Shown one piece after another: positions 13,335 through 29,590 of a stretch of 64,000 nt of DNA (within the stretch, counting starts at the first letter, position 1; every line of letters starts with the position of its first letter). The position numbers and the translations under genes are program-made. The stretch lies in the NCBI RefSeq assembly GCF_009914755.1, contig NC_060930.1. One strand, 5' to 3'. The DNA is from the human T2T-CHM13v2.0 reference genome, Homo sapiens. A model generated the notes under the pieces. That model was not told where the DNA came from. It saw only the letters and a program-made list of their open reading frames with translations, and ran no database searches.

Positions 13335-13440
13335 AACAGAACAGAATACAACAGAACAAAATAGAATAGAATGAAATAGAAGAGAATGGAATGGAATGGA
13401 ATAGAATAAAACAGAAAAGAAGACTATATAAAAACAGAAC
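13335..13440. repeat. (AGAAY)n/(GGAAT)n low-complexity microsatellite
   Basis: acagaacagaatacaacagaacaaaatagaatagaatgaaatagaagagaatggaatggaatggaatagaat. Confidence 0.8.
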
Positions 13441-13649
13441 ATTTGACAAAAGTAGTATTTCAGATTGTGGGTAAATAGCTAGTTCTAAAACCATATGCTG
13501 GCTCACACTACAGTCAACTGGAATTATTGTGATCAAGTGTTAACAGAGTAAAATTATAATATAGCCAGCACAGTACAGGCAACCAGGTCCACAAATCTCA
13601 GAATGGTATCGATTTTTCTTATGCAGGTACAACAGCAAAGAGATAATTT

Positions 13650-14843
<1,194 letters not shown>

Positions 14844-15132
14844 CAAACACACAGATTTTTCAAAGATCTGTCCTAAACTATCACTTTCATAGTGCTTTTC
14901 TGCTATAAGGTTCTCAGAACACCAAAGTTCTTTCCATCCAGTATTTACTGAGATGCAAAGAAACAAAAGAAGTAAAAAGATAAAAGAGGCAAAATAACAT
15001 AATGGAAGGAGATCTGGAAACTGGGTCTGGGATTCTAACATTAGTCTTGAAATTAACTGGTTCTGTGACCTAAGCCAAAGTTCTTGGTCTTGGTTTTCTC
15101 ACCCAAATAAACAAAGAAGTTGAAATGAATAA

Positions 15133-15434
15133 TTTTTTTTTGTTTTTTTTTTGAGACAGAGTCTCATTCTGTCATCCAGGCTGGAGTGTGATGGCAGGAT
15201 CTCAGCTCACTGCAACCTCTACCTCCCAAGTTCAAGCGATTTTCATGTTTCAGCCTCCTGAGTAGCTGGGATTACAGGCACATACCACCACGTCCGGCTA
15301 ATGTTTTGTATTTTAGTAGAGACTGGGTTTCGTCATGCTGGCCACGCTGGTCTCGAACTCCTGACCTCAAGTGATCTGCCTGCCTCGGCCTCCCAAAGTG
15401 TTGGGATTACAGGCATGAGCCACCGTGCCCAGCC
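15133..15434 (-). mobile_element. AluS element
   Basis: Full reverse Alu; imperfect TSD aaatgaataa / aaacgaataa. Confidence 0.93.
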
Positions 15435-16328
15435 AAAACGAATAAACTTTGAATGCAATTTTGTACCCTAAAGCTCTATGATGCTATTTCATAATTCCCA
15501 AAAAGCCAAGTTCAACGACAGCAAAGCTGCCCAGGGAAGCGGTTGTATCCTCCACCCGCACAGACTGCGGCTGTCCACTGGGACTTCAATCCCCAGATAT
15601 GCTTGTGATTGGAAGCCCTTTTTCCTCTCTGAAATTTCAAAAGGTGCTGCAGTCACAGCTGGTTCTATTTTGCCACTGACAGGCAGACACATATTTTTAT
15701 GCATTAGTAACCTTAGGAATCTCAGCCCCTCAGTGATGTGAGTCAAACAAACACATTTCATGTTTCTAAGGAGAGAATCCAGTCTAATGTTAAATGATCT
15801 TAAGGAAGTCATTCTGTCCTTACATGATCTACCAGTCAAGGAAGACAGGCAGAAAGATATAAAAGAATAAGGATGGGTACACATAAAACTACTTGGAGGA
15901 AAACTCCCTTCAATGTATTACCAATAAAGGAATGGGGTTCCCTCATCAGTCAGTCCTGAGCCAAGCAAATCCAAGCCTGGTCAGAGGCCAAGACCTCTGA
16001 AAGAGAATGGCTTTTAGAACTTATTGTAATAGTATCCAACCAGTTTTTTAAAGCTTAAAATAAGATACACAAGGTTTGGATATGGAAATCTTTGAAGAGT
16101 CATTGGTATCTTATCTCACAGAAAGGGAAAGGCTTTCAATGGGTTTAAAATATGTGACTTGCACTGTGATGCCAGGCAAACTGCACTCACTAGAGTTGAT
16201 GTGCAGGAGGTTTGGAAGGCGGGGCGGCCTCCAGACAGGGGTCACAGGCCATGGGGAAGATAGGCGGTAAGGTCCACGTGATGATCAAGGAAGGAGGTCG
16301 GTTTGAGTTTATGGTCAATAATACTCTG

Positions 16329-16887
16329 TGTGATGATTAATACTGACTGTCAACTTTACTGGATTGAAGGATGCAAAGTATTGTTCCTGGGTGTGTCTGT
16401 GAGGGTGCTGCCGAAGGAGGTTAACATTCAACTCGGTGAACTGGGAGAGGCAGACCCACCCTCAATCTGGGTGGGCACCATCTCATCAGCTGCCAGTGAA
16501 GCTAGAATAAAGCAGGCAGGAGAAGATGGAAGAGCAGACTTGCTGAGTCTTCTGGTCTTCATCTTTCTCCTGTACTAGATGCCTCCTACCCTCGATCATC
16601 AGACTCCAAGTTCTTCAGTCTTTGGAATCTAAGACTTACACCAGTGGTTTGCCAGGGGCTCTCGGGCCTTCGCTCACAGACTGAAGGCTGCACTGTAGTC
16701 TTCCCTAATTTTGAGGTTTTGGGACTCAGACTGATCCACCACTGGCTTCCTTGCTCCTCAACTTGCAGATGGCCTATAGTGGGACTTTACCTTGTGATGG
16801 TGTGAGTCAATTCTCCTTAATAAACTCCCTTTCACATATACATCTATCCTATTAGTCCTGTCCCTCTACAGAACCCTGACTAATACA
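16329..16887 (+). mobile_element. MLT2A (HERV-L) solo LTR, 559 bp
   Basis: Starts tgtgatgattaatactgactgtcaact, ends gaaccctgactaataca (TG...CA); perfect 5-bp TSD CTCTG at 16324-16328 and 16888-16892. Confidence 0.92.
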
Positions 16888-19800
16888 CTCTGTGAGGAAA
16901 CACTGGGCCTGAATATGGGAGACAAACAGGGTGGGGGGTTTCCACCACTGAAATCTTTACTGTGGGACCAGCAGAGCTGTCCCACCGTGGATGGACAAGC
17001 TATGTAGGGGTGAGGGGGATTTCGAGGGGACTGTGGTGATTCACCACAGATGCGCCAGTTGGGAGCTGCAGAGAGAGGCCTGGGTGATGGGCACATGTGA
17101 TGTCAGGCACAGTCATGGGAACAGATGGAGAAAGGACACGGGGAGGGGCCACAGATGCTGAGAACCAGCCCATGGTGTTCACCCACGAAAACGAGACCAA
17201 GTGAGATGGAGAGAAAGGAAAAGAAACAAGATAGTGCACGCCATGGGAGGCAAGAGAGGGGCACAGGTGGCTGGGGACATAGGCTACGGGATAAGTCGAA
17301 AGAATGGAGTCTCTAGAGGGCAGAGCTGGTGGCGAGGCACCCCGTGAGGCCCCAAAGGACACAGCCCCCGAGGACGAATGGGACTCAACAGGTGGAGACA
17401 GCTCATCTCTGAGGAGGTGGCAGTCACTGAAGGGAGAAAAAAAGGACAAGAGACAAATGTGAAGCCAACACCTGGCAGCCAGGCCACGGGGGCCATTTGA
17501 GCATCTCTACAGGACACAGAGCTGGGGAAAAGGACGGCAGTGGAGCGGGTGCTGGGCTGCAGGGTGGAGGAGGAACTGGCTTCAGAAGGAGGAAGAGCAT
17601 CTCTTCTTCTGGGAAAAAAGGTAGGAGGATTGGAATAAAGATAGAGGAGACATTTAACACATAAAGAAAACGTAAGCCATTTTGGAAACAATCGTTCTGG
17701 AATGCAATGATCATGGAGCTGATAACATGCAAGATTGCAGCTCTAATAGACACTGTAGGCAAGCCAAAATTTTCATGAATTTTTCATGGATTTAACTAGT
17801 AGCCTCAAAATGACCATTTCATATTATTAAACATCAAGAGACAAGAAATATCCAATGGGTGACGGCATCATCGAGAAGAGAATAGAAACAGATTTCCGGA
17901 GTCCACGGGCTGGTGAGATGCTCTAGAGAGCAGGACTCTGCTCTCTGGTGTGCCAGCCCCAGCCGGGCACCGTGCTATTGTTGGTTTTCATCACCCAGTT
18001 CCTGTCAGAACCACTGCAGTCATGCCACAGACAGAGCTTTTGTGCAAATGGTATTTTCTTCCCTATTAAAATGTTCTACTCTGTTCCCATCTAAATGGGT
18101 CCAGGAGCAGTCCCAGAGACACCTGCAAATTGCACAGAGGCATGGTTTGATTTCACATGCTCCTGATGACCATAATTGTTGCTATTATTTTCCTTACTAT
18201 TTCACCTCTCAGGCAGAAAGTAAACAAAACACTTCTCAGGAGAGAGCGGGGAGAAAGGAAGAGAAGACATTGTGGGGCCAAATTGGAGCACAGGACGGCA
18301 TTTGTTGAACCGTTCTGATTTCCTTTGATGCTTTCCCTCCCTGCTGTTCAGGATAATGCCTTGTTCTCCTCCCTAACTTGGTGTGGAAGGAATCCCTCCA
18401 AAAGGCAATGGGGGCAGACAGACCACGCTTTTATTTTCTTATAGGCATTTATGTTCTTACAGGAATGGTTTAGAGAGGCTTATGGATGAATTAAATGGTT
18501 TGCAAAATTAAGACTGGATTCTCTACCAAGTAGATAGGCAGGGACAATAAAGGAATAAAAAGCCACATTTGGAGCTAATGGCATTGCAAAACCAATTCTG
18601 GATGGAGAAGTTGGAATCAGATGACCCTCTGAACTTGAAGACATTTGGTGAAACAGCCTGGAGTCTGCCCATCATGCACTGAGTCACGGGTGGTTGGTGT
18701 GGGTAGACGCTCTAAACATTTTGGCTCTAAGCGCCTCTGTTTATACAACATTCTTTCCCGTTGCGTCAGGAATAGGAAGCCTGTTTTCTCTGAGATAATG
18801 GAGTCAGGAAGAGAAATCATGTCCCAACTCTGGTAGATTTTGTGGCAGTCCAGGAAACAACAAGGCTTTTCTTTGTATAAGCACACAGCACCGCTCTTTC
18901 CTACCTCCCTTCTTTCCTGCCTCCATCCTTGTATTCCACAGCTGATCAGGACTCAGCTCATCCCCATCAGACACGGCTCACTCTCAAGTGGTCCTCCAGG
19001 TGGGGTTGAAACAGTGGGGTGTCCGATGCCCAGGCAGGGCCCAGCCCGGCCTGTCTCAGGGGTTACTGCTGCTTGTCCAGGTCTGTAACTATTGTCCCAG
19101 GTTCGGTGATCAAAATCTCTCCAGATAAATTTCATCCTAAGAAATAATTAAAGAATCCAGAGCAGGAGTCACCTGGTGCGTGCCATATGTAAACAACCAC
19201 TCTTGAGGATGTTTGAAGAAGCACTGGATTGGTATCAAGGACTGAAAGCAGGTAGAGGTTTTTAGAAAGGTAAATTCTGCTAACTACAGACAGGGAGATT
19301 GGAAATTAGCTTGACAACGTCTTAGGGAGGAAGCAGTGATCAACAATAATCAGGAGAGTCATATGAAATATGTGCTGATTTCCTTCTCTCCTCTGATGAG
19401 GTTACCAGATGGGTAGGTGTGGGGAAAATGGTAAACAGTGTCTCTGGTTTTCAGGAAGAATTTAACAAGGTTTTCTCATTATATACACCGAATAAAATGA
19501 AGAAATGATGACTGGCAGATTAATAGCTGCCTCAACCAAAGGGAAGTAATTAAGCAATCCATGTCAACCAAGAAGGCAGTTCTGAGGGCACCCTCCTGGC
19601 TAGCTCCATTCAGCCTTCTCATTAGCGCCAGGGGAAGCACGAAGCTTCATGACACGGGGAAGACAGCAGGTCACTTGCAGGATGATGGGATATGTATCTC
19701 TAAAAATACCAACCAACAGACGCATGAATTTAAGAACAAAATAAGAGACATAAATGCAACATCTTACTCTTATTAAACAAAAAACAAATAAGCTGTAGGG

Positions 19801-20080
19801 GGAGGGGCCAGATTAGCAGGAGTGTTAGCCCAATATGCGCTCAGTAATGTGAGGATCGTGTTAAGTGCTGGGAGAAACGACACAGGCTTCTGTGTGCATC
19901 TTCCCAAGGCAGGTCTCCTTCCCACTCCATCTCCATCCTCCATGCGTCACTCTCAAGGCCTAGAGCAGAAGCCACCATCTCCCTGAGCCCTGCCTGATCA
20001 CCTCCCTAGAGTAGCTCCTTCCGTCATGATCCAAGGGACACCCAGCCTCCCCTCCTCCGTATATGGGTGAGGGTGGTAAG

Positions 20081-20387
20081 TTTGTTTGTTTGTTTGTTTG
20101 TTTGTTTTGAGACAGAGTCTTGCTCCATAGCTGAGGCTGGAGTGCAGTGGTGCCATCATAGCTCACTGCAGCCTCGAACTCTTGGGCCCAAACAATCCTC
20201 CTGCCTCAGCTTCCCAAATAGGTGCACCTACTATAGGTGCACCACCACGCCTGGCTAATTTATTTTTGTTTTTAGTACAGACAAGGTCTCACTATGTTTC
20301 CCAGACCAGTCTCAGGAGCTCACGTGATCTTCTGGCCTCAGCCTCCCAACATGCTGGGATGACAGGCACGAGCCATCATGCCTGGCC
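20081..20387 (-). mobile_element. AluJ element with a (TTTG)n tail
   Basis: catagctcactgcagcctcgaactcttgggcccaaacaatcctcc, AluJ-type. Confidence 0.9.
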
Positions 20388-21489
20388 AAGGTTACTGTTT
20401 GGCATCTGGCTTCCCAAGTGGACCATGGGCTCCAAGGGCAGAGACGATGTCTGTCTTATTCTCAGATGTTTAGCCAGGCAATGCCTGGCACCTTGTAGAA
20501 ACTCAATCAAGGCTTGCTCAGTGAAGATAAATGAATGAGTCACCACCATCAGATGTGATTTTCTTCCGATCTAAATTCACCTGGTTTCCCTGTTTGACAC
20601 ACTGTCTTGGGAATTTGGAAATATCCCTTATTCCTGATGGGTTTTGAGATCCTTTAGTGCAGGAAGTCCACCTGATTATCTTTGAATAAGAACCTACGAG
20701 AGTCTAAAAACTGGTTGCATAAACAAATGGGAGAAGAAAACACTAATTCTTTTAACATACAAGTTGTTGCACTTGCCCTATTTTCAGGACTAAATAATAT
20801 AGCTGCATGTAGCGTATTTGAAGTAAAATGAAATTTCAGATGTGTAGAAATCAGTGAAAGAAGCTCATTGCACAAAGTGAATAGAAATGGAAAATGGAAT
20901 ATGCATGCATTTTGAAATTGGTCTTATCAAAATCAGTAGGAAATTAAATTTTAAACTCAGTCATTCTTATTATATTATCCCTATTGAAATTCATCTTGCT
21001 TTTGCCTGTAGGCAGGGAGCAATTTATTAAAATACTCTGCATATCCAATATTTCTTAAACAAACAAACAAAATCTCTTATACTCAGCTCAAAAAGATGGT
21101 GACAGATGAAGGAAGAATTAGAAGTGTTAAAAAAAGAAGAAAAAGAAAAAACAACTAACCACGTGGCCTATCTTAGAACCTGACTGATGATTCCATTCAG
21201 ATAATATTTCTTGGGCACCCACAGGCCACAAGCCACATGACATTAGATAGAGAAAATGATAGAAATCAAGCCATATTTCTCTACTTGCAAGCAAGTTATA
21301 TACTAGCAGATACATACAATACACAAAATGCTCTTAAATCCAAATAAATCACATTTTCATGATGCAAATACTGACAGCTTAAATCGACATAGCACTCCAT
21401 TGGTTACAAAGCACTTCTACCTAAAACATCTTATTTAATTTGAAAGTAAGTTAATCTAGTTAGGTTAAAGAGTTGTGTCAATCGCAAGT

Positions 21490-22960
21490 TGTCTCCAAAA
21501 GCTACCTGGAGCATAAAGAACCAAGAAGAGCTACGACAATATTGAGAAAACCCGATAAGATAAAGGTAGGAGAGACTTGCTGTATTAGCTATCAAGACTT
21601 CTTTTAAACTGATGGTTAATAGGACAGTGTGGTTTTGACATAGGTTAGACACATGAAACAGAATAGAGCCAGAAATACTCCATCCTTATAGGGAATTGTG
21701 TGAATTCAGAAGTGCTTGCAGGTAAATGGAGAAAGGATGAACAACACAATAAGGGGCACTAAAAAAATTGGTTATCTTATTTAAAAAGCAGAAAACAAAA
21801 CTAGTTCCATTCTTTACACTACACAAAGAATGCAAGTCATTAAAGACCAAAGCGTTAAAATTAAAACTTTAAAAATTTTAGATAACAGATCACTTTTACA
21901 ACTTCAGAGTGAGGATAGACTTCTTAATTAAGACACAGAAAGCATATAATGTAAAGAAAAGGATGAATCAATTCAGCTGCATAAAAATTTAAAACTTCTG
22001 TACAAAAAAGTTTAAAAGATTGGCCACAAACTTGATAGCATTTACAATGCATGTAACTGATGAAGAGTTATTATACAGAATATGTAAAGAACTCTTATAA
22101 ATTAACTAAAAGAGGCAGAGAAAAGGAGAACAGGAACACTGTATAGATGGGGAACGCAAAGAGAACTATCAATGCCCCTGACATGTGAAGGGAGTCTGAC
22201 CACACTGGCCATCGGGCAGTGCGTGTTCCGGCCACGGTGGGACACCATCTCACACACAGCCGATGGGCTGCGACTCAGTGCCTGATGTCCTACCAACAGC
22301 AAGGAGGGAGAGAATGAGAACTCACATCTACTGTTGGTGGGAATGCATCTTATACGACGACTTTGGAGGAAATTTGGTAACATTTACTATAGTTGAAGAT
22401 CGTGTGCTCCATGACCCAGCAATCTCACTCCCAGGTATATACCCGAGAGAACCTCCCCCAACACCTGCCCCTACGGTGCTCAAGGGATGGATGCACAAGA
22501 TCATTCATGGCAGCACTGCTCTCAGAAACACCAGAAGGAAACAACAAGCATCCAGCCCCAGGGCAACTGACACAGGACTGTTGGCACAGTCAGATGAAAT
22601 ACCACGCAGAAGCAAACATAGGAACCAAGCGCTACCCATCAGCATGGATACAGCTCATGAATGCAACCTGGAACAAGACGCATTCATGCATACACGAGAT
22701 GACTCCATTTATATGACACGTAAACTGCAAAAAACAATACAGTGTTTAGGATACACACAATAAAACAGGAAGAAATATACAGGAGTGGTAGACCTCAAAT
22801 CCAGGGAAATCGTAGCCTCCAGGTGGGAGGGAGAAGGATGAGACTGGGGGACCATAAATGGTGTTCAACTGTATCGATAACTTCTTGATTTCTTAAGCTG
22901 AATTTATGGGTGCAAAGGTGTTTCTTAACAGTATTTTGATTCCTAAATATGTCTGAAATA
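21490..22960 (+). mobile_element. Old L1 (L1M) ORF2-3'/3'UTR remnant
   Basis: A-rich; ctactgttggtgggaatgca, atgacccagcaatctcactcccaggtatatacccgagagaa motifs. Confidence 0.65.
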
Positions 22961-24913
22961 TTTCCTAAGACAAATTTGAAAAGGGCTCAAGTCAATATTT
23001 CTGTTCACTGAGTAGAGGAAGTTTTCTGCAAGCCAATGGTCTATCCACAGTGAGAATCTGGAGAGAGAGAGAGGTGTTGGTCAGGGGCACCTAGGAACCC
23101 ATTCTGCTTTCACCCTCTGGATGAGTTCATTCAAAGACTAAGAGACCTAAACATTTGGAAATGTAAACATTCACTTACATCTGCATCTGTTAAGTGTTAA
23201 GTTCTGACATGAGCTTAGTCTAAAAGGGATCTGGGCGGGATATCAAGAACCAAACATCACAGATCCAGAAAGAGCCTTCCCTCTGCTACTTCCCTGTCTG
23301 CGGTCTCTGCGTGACACAAGTTATGGTTTCTAAGGGACAGGGAAGCTTGGCTGAGATCACTGCACCTGCTCTCGGCTTGTGTGGGCCATGGCTCTTTCAA
23401 AAAAGATCGTGCTGCTTAGCATAATTAAACCAGGAACTCAGCGCAGCCTCAGAGTGCGTGGGGTGGGGCAGAGCTCTGGGAGGCCGAGTGGTGACTTCCT
23501 CCAGTCCAGCATCCACCAGCCACACGGGAGATGGTGTGGGACGTGGGATCTGAAAGGCTTCATTTGGCCTCATAAATGGGATTAGCATGGGGGCAGCTAC
23601 CGACCAGTCACCTTCTGGAGTCGAGGGCGCCCAGGTAAAGGGCTTTGGCATGGAAGTGCAGGTTGCTGAAGGAGTCATGGGAGGGGACATGACAGAAGAT
23701 GCTTCCACCTGGGCAACACCTGTCATTGGGAGGGCATCGTGAACATGGCTGGCACATTCCGGGTGATCTAAGGCTCAAGTTAGACAAAGTTAACAGGCAC
23801 AGGAAGGATACTGAATATTGCGAGGTTGCAGAAGGGAGGCCAGGGAATGGCTGTGGCCCAGGTGTATCAAATAAATGCCCCCGTACTGTTGTTTGCGATA
23901 ACAAGTCAGGGGTGTTAGAGGAGCCAAAGACCCCCTCAGCACCCACCAAACGGGCAATCGAGGTTGTTTTAGGCAGAAACTGGATTGCCGCAAAGCTGAC
24001 ATGTTGGAAGGGGTGAGATGAGAGCTAAGAACTTCTCCAACTCGTCCTAACGTGTCCCTCCTAGAAGTCACGAAGAGAAAAGGGCGAGACTATGAAACAA
24101 AGTGTGTAAAGGTGGAAAGAAGTAAAAATAAAATTAAGAAGAGTTCCATCCTGATTAACCCTCCATGGAAAAGCTCCAGAGAAGGTGCCTCTGCCAATTG
24201 AAAGTTTTTCACTGTGAGCAACTCTACGTAAAATGCATCTGGACCAGCACATTCCCCTGTGGACAGCTCTGCATGGAGATGTGACGGGGACAAATGATCT
24301 GGGAAATCATTGTTTTCGTATCAGTGTTTGTAAGTTTCAGAGTTTACTTGAATGGGAACATAACAGCTCACTAATAAAAAATGAGGAATGTCTTACTTTT
24401 TTTAAAAAACGTTTCCCCAAATAGGTTTGCTTATATGATCTATTTGGGGGTTTGGAATGAGCATGTGGAAAACTGAAAAAAAAAAAATTCAGAAATTAAT
24501 AAAGACATAAACTCCATGTTTTATAATGCCCAGAGTGGTGCGTGCTTCCCCGCTGGGGTAACTGAAGTTGCCGGAGCTGGGTTCACTGGGGATCGTAAGG
24601 GAGCTTCCCGGGCGGGGCCATCCCCAGCTGGGGGAGGTGGCATCCAGGCACCTCATATGCCGTGCCTCGGGCCTTACCTGAGCATCAGAGTTTTTAAAAG
24701 TCCTTCTGTCATGGGCTTGCTGTAAGAAGTCAACATAAATATGGACAGTGCTCAGAACATGGGGCGCCTGATGTCTGGAGCAGCAAACTGTGATCAAACA
24801 CTCATATTTCCACAGCAAAATAATGATCCACACTAATGGAGGTAAAGAAGGAGAAGACTACGAGCCTTCCTCACCCAACGCAGACCTACCAGGGCTCTGT
24901 GCGCCAGTGCCAC

Positions 24914-25092
24914 AGGCATCCCTTGGGTGGTCACGTAGCCTAAAATACGAATGAGACTAAATATAGGGATGTGAAAGTTCTGCTTGACACTTAAATGTGC
25001 TTATTAAGACTTAATCCAATTATATTATCGGGATTGATATCTATAAGTCTCTAATAGACATTCCTATTTAAGTTTTAAAATATCATGCTTCC
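24914..25092. repeat. 179-bp direct repeat, copy 1
   Basis: aggcatcccttgggtggtcacgtagcc...aatatcatgcttcc recurs at 25436-25614 with 2 mismatches. Confidence 0.95.
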
Positions 25093-25435
25093 CACAGCTG
25101 GCCCCTCAGGCCCTCCCGTTCCAGGGCTTCACTGCGACCACGTGGCACTCTTCACTGGGAATATCCCTCTTGCCTCTCCTAGAACTGCCTCCAACCAGAT
25201 TCTGGCGGGAGATGATGCAACCTGCAACCAAGTCACCTGCACAGGGGCCCTGGCCCCCAAGGGCCTTGGGTGTTGCCAGTAGATCCATGTTCATTTTATC
25301 AACGACATTCTACCCTTCTAAAGCCACATTGTGTTTGCAATCTACAACAGGTAGATGACATCAAGTCTTACAGCATTTACAATAATTTCAAGACAATGAC
25401 TCTTATCTCCTTAATTAGATTACGAGCTCCTTAAA

Positions 25436-25614
25436 AGGCATCCCTTGGGTGGTCACGTAGCCTAAAATACGAATGAGACTAAATATAGGGATGTGAAAGT
25501 TCTGCTTGACGCTTAAATGTGCTTATTAAGACTTAATCCAATTATGTTATCGGGATTGATATCTATAAGTCTCTAATAGACATTCCTATTTAAGTTTTAA
25601 AATATCATGCTTCC
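25436..25614. repeat. 179-bp direct repeat, copy 2
   Basis: Offset 522 bp from copy 1; differences are gacac/gacgc and tatat/tatgt. Confidence 0.95.
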
Positions 25615-26579
25615 TATCTAGGCACGTAAAATGCCATGTGACATTAGAACAAAAAATTAGCATGTAGAATGATTAGCATGTGAAATATGATATTAGAACA
25701 ATAAATTAACATGTAGAGTACGATTTAATGTGAAAGGGCCACGTGAGGTGGCATTTTAGATAGAAATGCACTCACGCACACACACAAGCACAGATACACC
25801 TCCCTCCACACATTCAACTGAGATCTTTCAAAGGTGACATCAAAATAAAAATAGCACACAAATTTTATGGAAAAGAGCAAATCAAAAGATTGTTTTCTGT
25901 AGTGATAAGACCTGAAATGAAAACACATGACCAGTGGTGGAGACATAAAGGCATTACGCTGCCCAGAGGCGCAGCAACCAAAATAGAAAGCTCTTTACTT
26001 TGCAGGTTGATGTGATTTAGCCTAAGGCACTAAATCAGCACCTGTTATCAGATCACGGTCCTTGGGTCCTGATTTCCTTCTGCCAGCAAAGCACCTTGAT
26101 GAGTGTCTACAAGAGGGCAAAGGCAGCATAATGCCGCCCATGGTAGGACTGCGGGGCTGCACACATTAGGCTCTTTGACGCTTTTATTACAGCTACAGCC
26201 CAAGGATGCAGTTCCAACTCCTGCCCTTATGAAAATAAAATGGTGCACACCATACAAGACTATTTAAATAGACCAGACTTCAGCCATCTGCACCCCACTT
26301 CTTTTGAGACCCACAAGGTCGGAGTGCTTGCACGAGAGGTAAAATGATTTCCCTGGAAACACGCTCACCTGTGCACCATGAGAGACCCAAAGCTGAATAG
26401 CCCTCTTGCCTTCCTTGCTCGATTACACAAGAAAAGCAAAAGCAAAAAGCACCTGGCATGGTGAATTTAATTCTGCAAAAATATATCCTGAATACAACTC
26501 CCTATTGGAAATGTGAATATCTAAGCAGCGTTGTGTAGGCCTTTCAAAGCGACTGCAAATTATGGTGGAATAATATGGT

Positions 26580-27860
<1,281 letters not shown>

Positions 27861-27942
27861 AAACAGAAACAAAATGTTATGGCATTCAGGGCAATTTGAA
27901 GCAAAACAAATACTGAGATGGTTCTTCAGAAGGGACTTTCCT

Positions 27943-28113
27943 TTAGCCGGGCACCAGGTGGCATGTACCTGTGGTCCCAGCTATTCAGGAGGCTGAGGCA
28001 GGAGGATCACTTAAGCCCAGGAGGTGGAAGCAGCAGTGAGCCATGATCGTGCCCCTGCACTTCTGCCAGAGCGAGAAGGCAAAACCTTGTCTCAGAAAGA
28101 AAAAAAAAAAAAA
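27943..28113 (+). mobile_element. Alu right-arm monomer (FRAM/AluJ-like)
   Basis: ttagccgggc...ggcaggaggatcacttaagcccaggagg... with A tail. Confidence 0.8.
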
Positions 28114-29590
28114 GAGAGAGAGAGACTGTCTTGGTGCCTTTTATTATAGTGCATCTTGAAGAATGGAGGGGAGTGCCTTCTTCCACACATCTAGCTTTCA
28201 TTCTGAGTCCATACTCAGGACAGATTTGGAATTTTTCACAAAGACTCCCAGGAGGCAATGGCTTAGTGTATGATAAGTAATTTCCTCAGGATATTTGCTT
28301 CCTGGCAACAAAATAAAATTTAGAATGCAAACAATATGGTATATTTTGAAACAGAGTCCCCCAGAGGGTAGACAACGCTTCTCTTAGCCACTGTATAGAA
28401 CAGTCTAGAAGTTGGATAACCTTATTTGTATGGTAGTAACCAATATCTCTATATTCATGTGAATTCAATCCAATTTGGTGCTACAAAAATTAAAAATGCT
28501 TGACTCAAAATTCTTACATCTAACCTGACTCAACAATCCATCGGCGCATGAAAAAAAAAATTCCCCTTTAAGAATTTCTAGTTATTGAATTCAGGATTGT
28601 TTATCTCTGAGAGGGAGACAAAATCAGAAGTAAGTTTGGAGTCTCAGGGAAAACATAACAAGTTGATTATTGTTTAAGTCTAAAAGGCACCAAAGCACTT
28701 GTCCCTGGGTACCACTCAGATGCAGGCAACATTCAGTTAAAGTGCCTCATGGCTTTTTTTCCTATGAGGCCTACAGAATGGTCCCTCACAAGTTTTCTAT
28801 TTCTGTTCTGCTTCAAAGAAAGACTTTCTCAACTTTTTTAGGGCTCCAGTCCTGGCCCATCGTGGATGGTGAGATATTCTTTAGATGTTTGTTCTGTTTT
28901 TTTTTAAGTTGATATATATTTAGGCCCAAAGTCATGTTTATTCACAAATCCAAACAACCGGCAAGCTAAGGCTAATTTTTTCATGTAGAATATTTATGAA
29001 AGAAAACAATGAATAAACAACTTAAGATTGGGGATTTACTCTGAAGGGCACTTTCCGGAACATGTCATAGGCTCAGCCCCAGTTCAACCCCATCTCCACT
29101 GCGGTTTGGAAAATTGTCAGGCCTGAGAGAGAGCAAGGGGTTCTGTTTACTCCACTCTAGGATTAAGGAATGGAAATATAGGGAGAGCCAAGTAAGGAGG
29201 TTGTGACTCAGTTCCTCCCCCTGGATAAATGTCTGCACAGACTTTAGACTTCTGGTTTTCAAACTGGGGTTCAATAGGACCCTGAGTTCAGTGGAGTGGG
29301 AGGTACTACAGAGATGAAGCAGATGCCCCTAAAAAGTGGCTCTTTCTGCATAAGATGTTTAAAAAACTGGGTTCCGGGTGTGAGATAAATGGCAGAACCT
29401 TGATTTAGATCTACTTTCGGGGTTGTTACAGAAAGATCTGTTGGGCTGTCTGGGGTGAGATTAGATGATTCTCATTATTTTTCTATGGTTAAAATTGCTA
29501 TAGCTACCATGGTGTATTGCAAAGTTTGGTACTTATATCAATGACTCAGGAGCACTGAGACACTGATATACTGAATTATCAAAAGTTTAA

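Noticed and set aside
24914-25614. Miniature LTR retroelement (two LTRs plus an internal region)
   Set aside because: No TG..CA termini, TSD, PBS or PPT; a local templated duplication explains it better
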